A stretch of DNA of 64,000 nucleotides from an uncultured Bacteroidales bacterium (GTDB taxonomy: Bacteria; Bacteroidota; Bacteroidia; Bacteroidales; FEN-979), in NCBI GenBank assembly GCA_903913885.1, contig CAIWMX010000061.1, positions 11,891 through 75,890 of the forward strand, written 5' to 3'. Positions 36,105 to 42,789 of the stretch are shown here, in pieces. Below the pieces are notes generated by a model, which was not told where the DNA came from, ran no database searches, and saw nothing but the letters and a program-made list of their open reading frames with translations. Every line of letters starts with the position of its first letter. The first letter of the stretch is position 1. The translations under genes and the position numbers were made by a program.

Positions 36105-37568
36105 ATGATTAAAAACTGGATACACCGGGCTTTTGAACTCTTAACCCACAGCTTGGAGCCGGTACCACAGGAGATCAATGAGCTTGATTGGAAAGAGAGT
36201 CTTTCACCTGATAATGCGAAACTGACCCGCCATCTTTCAGCATTTGCTAATCAGCCTGGTGGTGGCTTTATGGTATTTGGCATCGAAAATAAAACTGCAA
36301 AACTTATTGGGATTTCACATAAAGATACAGATCTTATTGTTCAGAAGCTAAGCAGTCTATGCCGGGATGCTCTCAATCCGGTTATTGTATTGGACCATGC
36401 TGTTGAATATTATCAGGATGTTCCACTGCTTTTTATTTATATAAAAGAAAGTTCTGTAAAACCAGTACACTTAACATCGGAGTCAATTGAAGTTGCTTAT
36501 ATCCGCAGCGGGGGAACAACCCGTCTGGCCTCCAGGCATGAAGTGGGGGCCCTGATGCTGAACAGTAAAACACCTCAATTCGAGGAACTGCATGCTTCCA
36601 AACTCAAACAATTTCCTGAAATAATGGATTTGCTTGATTTCAGAAGTATATTCAGGTTGCTTGATAAGCCGGTACCACAGACAAATTCAGAGATTCTCCG
36701 GTGGCTGACAGATGAAAAAATGATTGTTGCCATAGATGGCGCGGGGTTTTACATAACCAATTTTGGCGCTTTATCATGTGCATACAATTTGAAGGAATTT
36801 GATGGTCTTGCAAGGAAGAGCATCCGTTTGATAAAATATAAAGGCATTACCAAAATTGAGACCGAGAAAGAATACCCGGGTTCCAGGGGGTATGCAATCG
36901 GATTTGATGGTTTAATCACCTTTATCAAAGCATTGCTTCCTGGAAGTGAGATCGTGAAAAATGCCTTAAGGGCAGAGACAACAATATACCCCGAAATTGC
37001 ACTACGGGAGTTGATCGCAAATGCTCTTATCCACCAGGACTTCTCCATTCGTGGTTCCGGACCTATGATTGAAATTTTTGACAATAGAATTGTTATTTCA
37101 AATCCGGGTAAACTTTTACCATCAAAAAAAATAGACCGGCTGATAAGAACAACTCCTGAATCAAGAAATGAAGTTTTAGCGGCAGCTTTCAGAAGGTATA
37201 ATATCTGTGAGGAAAGAGGTTCAGGCCTTGAGAAGGCCGTTGCTGCTATTGAATTCTACGGATTACCCCCATTGAAATTTGAAGAGCTGGAAAATTCATT
37301 CAGAGTCACCATGTTTAGCCCGAAAACATTTGCAAACTTAACCCCGGCAGAGCGTGTAGAAGCATGTTATCAGCATTCAATAATCAAATATTATTCAACC
37401 GGAGGGATGTCCAATGCCAGTTTAAGGGAAAGATTTAAGATGCACGAAAAGCAAAGACCTCAGGTTTCCCTGGTAATCAAAGAAGCTTTGTCGCTTGGGA
37501 AGATTAAACCCAGAGACCCAAATAATGTATCAACAAAATTTGCTGAATACATCCCGTTTTGGGGTTAG
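36105..37568 (+). CDS. Schlafen/AlbA_2-domain plus HATPase_c_4-like protein with C-terminal wHTH-like tail, embedded in the type I R-M operon
   Basis: 487 aa. The N-terminus ELDWKESL..LTRHLSAFANQPGGGFMVFGIE is the AlbA_2 (divergent AAA / Schlafen-like) signature. The centre RELIANALIHQDF..GPMIEIFDNRIVISNPG is the HATPase_c_4 signature. Confidence 0.8.
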   Translation: MIKNWIHRAFELLTHSLEPVPQEINELDWKESLSPDNAKLTRHLSAFANQPGGGFMVFGIENKTAKLIGISHKDTDLIVQKLSSLCRDALNPVIVLDHAVEYYQDVPLLFIYIKESSVKPVHLTSESIEVAYIRSGGTTRLASRHEVGALMLNSKTPQFEELHASKLKQFPEIMDLLDFRSIFRLLDKPVPQTNSEILRWLTDEKMIVAIDGAGFYITNFGALSCAYNLKEFDGLARKSIRLIKYKGITKIETEKEYPGSRGYAIGFDGLITFIKALLPGSEIVKNALRAETTIYPEIALRELIANALIHQDFSIRGSGPMIEIFDNRIVISNPGKLLPSKKIDRLIRTTPESRNEVLAAAFRRYNICEERGSGLEKAVAAIEFYGLPPLKFEELENSFRVTMFSPKTFANLTPAERVEACYQHSIIKYYSTGGMSNASLRERFKMHEKQRPQVSLVIKEALSLGKIKPRDPNNVSTKFAEYIPFWG

Positions 37569-37675
37569 TCTTTGCTTAACTTAAAATGCTAACTATGATT
37601 TATGTTGCTGATATCCAATCGTTTTTTGCTTAATTCAAAACTGGAAAGTTATATAAACCTTGTTTTTTTTTTTTA

Positions 37676-40600
37676 ATGAAACCCATCACCGAGGATAAAA
37701 TAGAATCCTTCACCATCGAACAACTTCAGCAATCGGGTTGGGAGTATGTTCATGGTGTTTCAATTGCCCCAGGTGGTGAAAATCAGGAACGTGAAACCTA
37801 CGAACAAGTTATTCTTGTTGGCCGCCTGAAAGCTGCCATTACCCGTTTGAACCCTAATATACCGGAAAACTACAGGGAACAGGCCGTACAAAAGGTGTTG
37901 CGTATTTGGTCACCCGACCTTCTGCACAACAACGAAACATTTCATCAACTCCTGGTGGAAAAAGTACGCATCCCATACCAGCAGGATGGCTATGAACGCA
38001 GCCATGAAGTGGCGCTGGTTGATTTCGGCAATATCGGGAACAACCAGTTTTTGGCGGTCAACCAGTACACCATCGTTGAAAACAACCAGAACAAACGGCC
38101 GGATGTGCTGCTGTTCGTGAATGGCATCCCCCTGGTGGTGATCGAACTCAAGAATGCGGCCGACGAACAGGCTACCCTGCGCAAGGCCTTCGACCAGGTG
38201 CAAACCTATAAGGCCACCATTCCAGGGTTGTTCACCTTCAATTCCATTTGCGTGATTTCCGACGGGATGGAATGCAAGGCCGGAAGCGTTACCGCCGGGT
38301 TCAGCCGCTATATGGCATGGAAAACCGCCGATGGCCGGAAGGAGGCTTCCAGGTTCAAGCCACAGTTGGAAACCCTGCTCACCGGGATGCTGAACCCCGC
38401 CACCCTGCTCGACCTGGTGCGCAATTTCATTGTCTTCGAGAAAACGAAAAAAGAGGAACCGAAAACCGGCATCACCCAGGTTGTAACAGAAAAGAAGCTG
38501 GCGGCCTACCACCAGTATTATGCCGTGAACAAGGCGGTGCAGTCAGCCTTCCAGGCCTCAGGCATCCATGGCGACAAGCGGGGCGGTGTGGTGTGGCATA
38601 CGCAGGGATCGGGAAAAAGCCTGAGCATGGTCTTCTTTGCCGGCAAACTGATCGTTTCGCCCGAGATGCAAAATCCCACCATCGTGGTGCTCACCGACCG
38701 CAACGACCTCGACGACCAGTTGTTCGGCACCTTCGCCGCCGCCAGACAATTGCTGCGGCAGGAACCCATGCAAGCCGAAAGCCGGGATCAGCTGAAAGAG
38801 CTGCTGAAGGTGGCCAGTGGCGGCATCGTCTTCACCACCATCCAGAAATTCCTTCCCCAGGATGGAGCAACAACCTACGACACCCTCTCCGAACGGAGGA
38901 ACATCGTGGTGATTGCCGACGAGGCACACCGCACCCAATATGGATTTGAAGCAAAGTTGCTGGATGAAAAGGATGCCGTTACCAAGGAGGTGATCGGCAA
39001 GCGCATCGCCTACGGTTTTGCCAAGTACATGCGCGATGCCCTGCCCAATGCCACTTATATAGGCTTCACCGGCACCCCCATCGAGGGAACCGACGTGAAT
39101 ACCCCGGCCGTGTTCGGACAATACGTGGATGTGTATGACATCGCCCAGGCCGTGGCCGACGGTGCCACCGTTCGCATCTATTACGAGAGTCGGCTGGCAA
39201 AGGTAAACCTCGATGAAGAGGGCAAACGGCTGATCCGGGAGTTTGACGACGAGCTCGAACAGGATGAAGAGGTAACTGAAAAACAAAAGGCCAAGGTCAA
39301 ATGGACCAAACTGGAGGCCATTGTCGGCAATACCGACCGGGTGAAGAACCTGGCCAGGGATATTGTCACCCATTTTGAAGTACGGCAGTCCGTTTTTGAC
39401 GGCAAGGCCCTGGTGGTGGCCATGAGCCGCAGGATTGCCGTTGACCTGTACAATGAGATCATCAGAATCAGGCCGGGCTGGCATGATGACGATCCATCGA
39501 AAGGCATCATCAAGGTGGTGATGACCTCCAGCAGCGCCGACGGCCCCGTGATCTCGAAACATCACACCACGAAACAGCAGCGGAAGAATTTGTCGGACCG
39601 GATGAAAGACCCAGCGGATCCGTTGAAGATCGTGATCGTGCGCGACATGTGGCTCACCGGCTTTGACGTTCCCTGCCTGCATACCATGTACATTGACAAG
39701 CCCATGCGCGGCCACACGCTGATGCAGGCCATCGCCCGTGTGAACCGCGTGTTCAGGGACAAACCGGGCGGGTTGGTGGTCGATTACCTGGGCATTGCTT
39801 CCGACCTGAAGAAGGCCCTGTCGTTCTATTCCGATTCCGGCGGAAAGGGCGATCCCGCCTTAAGCCAGGAGCAGGCCGTTGCCGCCATGGTTGAAAAGAT
39901 GGAGGTGCTGCAGCAGATGTTTGCCGAAGACAGCTCCACCCGGAAAGATATCCTGGTTGAAGAACCGGAGGCCTATTACAAAAATAGTTTGAAATTCAAT
40001 TATCGTCGTTTCTTTAGTGTCGACGCCAGGGAGAAGCTCTCCATCATCCTGCAGGCTGAAGAGCATATCCTCGGGCTGAATGAAGGAAAAGAACGGTTTA
40101 CGCGCGAAGTCTCCCTGCTGAGCCAGGCCTTTGCCCTTTCCGTCCCGCAGGAAAAAGCCATGGAGATCAAAGACGAGGTAGCCTTTTTCCAGGCTGTAAG
40201 ATCGCGGCTGGTGAAATTTGAAGGCACCGGCAATGGCAAATCAGATATTGAAATTGAAACCGCCATCAAGCAGATCGTAGATGAAGCCCTGAGCTCCGAC
40301 ACCGTCATCGACATCTTTGATGCAGCAGGAATCAAAAAGCCCGATATCTCCATCCTTTCCGACGAGTTCCTGCTCGATGTGAAGGGGATGAAACACCAGA
40401 ACCTGGCACTTGAACTGCTGAAGAAGATCCTGAACGACGAAATCAAAACCAGGGCCAAAACCAACCTGGTTAAAAGCAGGGCCCTGTTGGAGATGCTGGA
40501 ATCCTCCATCAAACGGTACCAGAACAACCTCTTGTCAACCGCCGAGATCATCCAGGAGCTGATCAACATTGCAAAGGAGATCAAAGCAGCCGACGCCGAG

Positions 40601-40903
40601 GGCGAACGGCTGGGTTTAACCACCGATGAAGTGGCTTTTTACAATGCCCTTGAAACCAATGATAGCGCGGTGGCTGTTTTGGGAGACATTACACTACGGG
40701 AGATTGCAAGGGAGATTGCAGAGAAAGTGCAGGCGAATGCTACTATTGACTGGACAATCCGGGAAAGTGCCCGGGCGAGGTTGATGGTGATTGTGAAGCG
40801 GACGTTGACGAAATACGGGTATCCTCCGGATAAGCAGCAGAAAGCAATTGATACCGTGTTGAAGCAGGCGGAGTTGATGGCGGAATATTATATAACCGTT
40901 TAA
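37676..40903 (+). CDS. hsdR: Type I restriction-modification system, endonuclease/helicase subunit R
   Basis: 1075 aa with Walker A HTQGSGKS, DEAH box VIADEAHRTQ, helicase C motifs (MWLTGFDVP, QAIARVNR) and an N-terminal nuclease-type region (PDVLLFVNGIPLVVIELK). Confidence 0.95.
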   Translation: MKPITEDKIESFTIEQLQQSGWEYVHGVSIAPGGENQERETYEQVILVGRLKAAITRLNPNIPENYREQAVQKVLRIWSPDLLHNNETFHQLLVEKVRIPYQQDGYERSHEVALVDFGNIGNNQFLAVNQYTIVENNQNKRPDVLLFVNGIPLVVIELKNAADEQATLRKAFDQVQTYKATIPGLFTFNSICVISDGMECKAGSVTAGFSRYMAWKTADGRKEASRFKPQLETLLTGMLNPATLLDLVRNFIVFEKTKKEEPKTGITQVVTEKKLAAYHQYYAVNKAVQSAFQASGIHGDKRGGVVWHTQGSGKSLSMVFFAGKLIVSPEMQNPTIVVLTDRNDLDDQLFGTFAAARQLLRQEPMQAESRDQLKELLKVASGGIVFTTIQKFLPQDGATTYDTLSERRNIVVIADEAHRTQYGFEAKLLDEKDAVTKEVIGKRIAYGFAKYMRDALPNATYIGFTGTPIEGTDVNTPAVFGQYVDVYDIAQAVADGATVRIYYESRLAKVNLDEEGKRLIREFDDELEQDEEVTEKQKAKVKWTKLEAIVGNTDRVKNLARDIVTHFEVRQSVFDGKALVVAMSRRIAVDLYNEIIRIRPGWHDDDPSKGIIKVVMTSSSADGPVISKHHTTKQQRKNLSDRMKDPADPLKIVIVRDMWLTGFDVPCLHTMYIDKPMRGHTLMQAIARVNRVFRDKPGGLVVDYLGIASDLKKALSFYSDSGGKGDPALSQEQAVAAMVEKMEVLQQMFAEDSSTRKDILVEEPEAYYKNSLKFNYRRFFSVDAREKLSIILQAEEHILGLNEGKERFTREVSLLSQAFALSVPQEKAMEIKDEVAFFQAVRSRLVKFEGTGNGKSDIEIETAIKQIVDEALSSDTVIDIFDAAGIKKPDISILSDEFLLDVKGMKHQNLALELLKKILNDEIKTRAKTNLVKSRALLEMLESSIKRYQNNLLSTAEIIQELINIAKEIKAADAEGERLGLTTDEVAFYNALETNDSAVAVLGDITLREIAREIAEKVQANATIDWTIRESARARLMVIVKRTLTKYGYPPDKQQKAIDTVLKQAELMAEYYITV

Positions 40904-40992
40904 TTATCTTTAACTTAATATGAGTTATGTGTTTACCTTTTATTCAAAACTTACATCATCTGCTTTTACCTCAACACAAGAATAAAAATATA

Positions 40993-41013
40993 TTTTAACC
41001 CTAGGGGTTAAAA
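40993..41013. promoter_or_regulatory. Inverted repeat upstream of the higB-like gene (candidate operator, or hsdR terminator stem)
   Basis: ttttaaccc-tag-gggttaaaa (9-bp arms, 3-nt spacer) ends 24 nt before the ATG at 41038. Confidence 0.4.
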
Positions 41014-41037
41014 CAAACAAATAATGTATATCTTTGT

Positions 41038-41373
41038 ATGGAAATTAAATACAAGACAAGTAAATTAGCAAAAAGTGTCGAATCACCGCGAGATATCCAA
41101 AAAAACTACGGGACTCGCGCCAAATTGGTAAATCAACGAAAAAGTGAATTAGAAGCGGCAGAAACATTAGATACAATGCGATTTATCCCTGCCGCTAATT
41201 GTCATGAATTGTCAGGTAATCATACTGGTGAACTTGCAGTTGATATTTCACAAAATCACAGAATAATTTTTGAACCAAATCACAATCCTATTCCGATAAA
41301 ACCAGATAGTGGACTTGATTGGACCCGGGTAACTAAAATTATTATCAATGCCATAGGTGTCGACTACCATTAG
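41038..41373 (+). CDS. higB: HigB-like (RelE/ParE superfamily, 'killer protein') toxin
   Basis: 111 aa. NCHELSGNHTGELAVDISQNHRIIFEP and the C-terminal GVDYH match the HigB-like toxin family pattern (..L.G.r.G..si.i...wRi.F....dYH). Confidence 0.8.
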   Translation: MEIKYKTSKLAKSVESPRDIQKNYGTRAKLVNQRKSELEAAETLDTMRFIPAANCHELSGNHTGELAVDISQNHRIIFEPNHNPIPIKPDSGLDWTRVTKIIINAIGVDYH

Positions 41374-41386
41374 ATAACACCAAGCC

Positions 41387-42493
41387 ATGAAGTATAAAAG
41401 CGTGAAAGATATTAGTGCCGCAAAAGATCTTATTTCCCCTCCGGGCGATACACTTTTGGAAACCATCGGGCATAAAGGTATTTCCCAAACTGAGTTAGCT
41501 CAACGAATGGGAAGGCCGCTGAAAACCATTAATGAAATTATAATGGGTAAAACTGCCATTATGCCGGAAACGGCATTACAACTGGAAAGAGTTATTGGCA
41601 TTCCTGCAAGTTTTTGGCTTGAACGCGAGCGTTTATATAGACTTGAATTAGCGGAAATTAAAGACGCTGAATCATTTCTTGCCTCTAAAGATTGGGTCAA
41701 TCAATTTCCTGTTACAGAAATGTTAAAATTGTCCTGGATTGAATGTAACAGGGATACTATTTCACTCACAAATGCCTTACTTCGGTTCTTTTCTGTTGCT
41801 GATCAATCCTCATACGATAATTACTACCAGGGGAACCTCTATTCTTCAGCTTTTCGCATTTCGGAAAGAGAATCAAAGAATTCTCATGCTATTGTTGCCT
41901 GGTTGCGTAGAGGGGATATACAGGCAGAATCCATTGATGTTCCGGTATTTGATGCCAGGAAATTCAAAGCTGCCTTACCCCAATTCAAAGAGCTAATGGC
42001 TGAGAACCCATCTGATTTTTTCCTCAAATTACAAACTATTAGTGCCCGCTGTGGCGTAAAAGTTCTTTTCACCCCATGTTTACCTAAGGCCCCAATCAGC
42101 GGAGCGACACGTTGGCAAAATGACACGCCCCTTATTCAGCTGACAGGACGATATAATCGAAATGATATATTCTGGTTTACCTTTTTTCACGAAGCAGGTC
42201 ACATTATTCTACATGGTAAAAAAGATGTTTTCCTTGAAGGTATAGGCCACTCTGTTGAGAAAGAAATAAAAGAGAAGGAGGCTGATGATTTTGCGATAGA
42301 ATGGACTTTAACGGGCAAAGAGGAACGGGAAATTTCTCAATCCATGCCATTAACGGCACAAGCAGTGTCAGGATATGCCAAAAAGTATGGAACGCACGAA
42401 GCACTAATTATTGGACGCATGGCAAAACTCAATTATATTCATGATAGTATTGGGTGGACTCATGGTTTTTTTCAAAAAGTCGAATTAAAATGA
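41387..42493 (+). CDS. HigA-type XRE HTH antitoxin fused to an ImmA/IrrE-family (DUF955) metallopeptidase domain
   Basis: 368 aa. The N-terminal HTH is GISQTELAQRMGRPLKTINEIIMGKTAIMPETALQLERVIGIPASFWL. The C-terminal Zn-peptidase motif is FTFFHEAGHIILH (HExxH). Confidence 0.85.
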   Translation: MKYKSVKDISAAKDLISPPGDTLLETIGHKGISQTELAQRMGRPLKTINEIIMGKTAIMPETALQLERVIGIPASFWLERERLYRLELAEIKDAESFLASKDWVNQFPVTEMLKLSWIECNRDTISLTNALLRFFSVADQSSYDNYYQGNLYSSAFRISERESKNSHAIVAWLRRGDIQAESIDVPVFDARKFKAALPQFKELMAENPSDFFLKLQTISARCGVKVLFTPCLPKAPISGATRWQNDTPLIQLTGRYNRNDIFWFTFFHEAGHIILHGKKDVFLEGIGHSVEKEIKEKEADDFAIEWTLTGKEEREISQSMPLTAQAVSGYAKKYGTHEALIIGRMAKLNYIHDSIGWTHGFFQKVELK

Positions 42494-42514
42494 ATGTATT
42501 AGTTCACGGCTATG

Positions 42515-42536
42515 GGTGGCAAATCCGGTGGCAAAT
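42515..42536 (+). promoter_or_regulatory. Candidate integrase arm-type binding site (doublet GGTGGCAAAT), right end of the island
   Basis: ggtggcaaatccggtggcaaat lies 32 bp from the right att repeat and is 21/22 identical to 13568-13589. Confidence 0.5.
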
Positions 42537-42568
42537 AAAAAAGGGCCCGAAAGTTAACCTTCCAAAAC

Positions 42569-42628
42569 CCTTGATTTCACTGGTGGGACGTGAGGGATTC
42601 GAACCCACGACCTCATGCGTGTGAAGCA
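42569..42628. repeat. Right copy of the 60-bp perfect direct repeat (att site)
   Basis: Identical to 13405-13464. It covers 12 nt downstream of the tRNA plus the tRNA 3' 48 nt. Confidence 0.95.
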
Positions 42629-42658
42629 TGCGCTCTGAACCGACTGAGCTAACGTCCC
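42581..42658 (-). tRNA. tRNA-Val (anticodon CAC), CCA encoded
   Basis: I folded this 78-nt cloverleaf by hand: acceptor GGGACGT/ACGTCCC, D-arm GCTC..GAGC, anticodon stem CATGC/GCATG with loop TTCACAC, and T-arm GTGGG-TTCGAAT-CCCTC (one U-U mismatch). The discriminator is A, followed by CCA. Confidence 0.9.
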
Positions 42659-42762
42659 CTGTGACAGATGGCAAAGATAGCAAATAAATTTACGATTTTG
42701 AATTTTAGATTCAGGAGCCCCTTTTTAAATTGATTACGGGTTTGTAATCGCAATAAAAACGT

Positions 42763-42770
42763 TATATTTG
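42763..42770 (+). promoter_or_regulatory. Bacteroidetes-type -7 promoter box (TAnnTTTG) upstream of the AAA ATPase gene
   Basis: TATATTTG lies 20 nt upstream of the ATG at 42790. It sits inside the inverted repeat taatcgcaa (42745-42753) / ttgcgatta (42768-42776). Confidence 0.45.
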
Positions 42771-42789
42771 CGATTAAAATCGCAATATC

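Larger units (their letters stand above)
13405..42628. mobile_element. Integrase-bearing genomic island (about 29 kb) inserted in the 3' end of tRNA-Val(CAC)
   Basis: A 60-bp perfect direct repeat covers the tRNA 3' half at both ends. A tyrosine integrase lies just inside the left end. Both ends carry arm-like GGTGGCAAAT doublets. GC content is mosaic, and the cargo is R-M, TA and adhesin genes. I saw no conjugation or phage structural genes. Confidence 0.72.

Noticed and set aside
37910-40623. Long antisense ORFs within hsdR (200, 385 and 207 aa) and frame-shifted plus ORFs (38248-38949)
   Set aside because: The hsdR sense frame carries Walker A, DEAH and helicase C motifs across the whole region. 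The others are GC-driven open frames without motifs.
41029-41036. TATCTTTG (TAnnTTTG-like box) as the higB promoter
   Set aside because: It ends 2 nt before the ATG, so a transcript initiating about 7 nt downstream would lack the start codon. The match is probably fortuitous.
13405-42628. Island as a prophage or a conjugative element
   Set aside because: I could not recognise any capsid, terminase, tail, relaxase, T4SS or mobilisation genes. It is better described as an integrase-dependent genomic or defence island, possibly mobilisable in trans.
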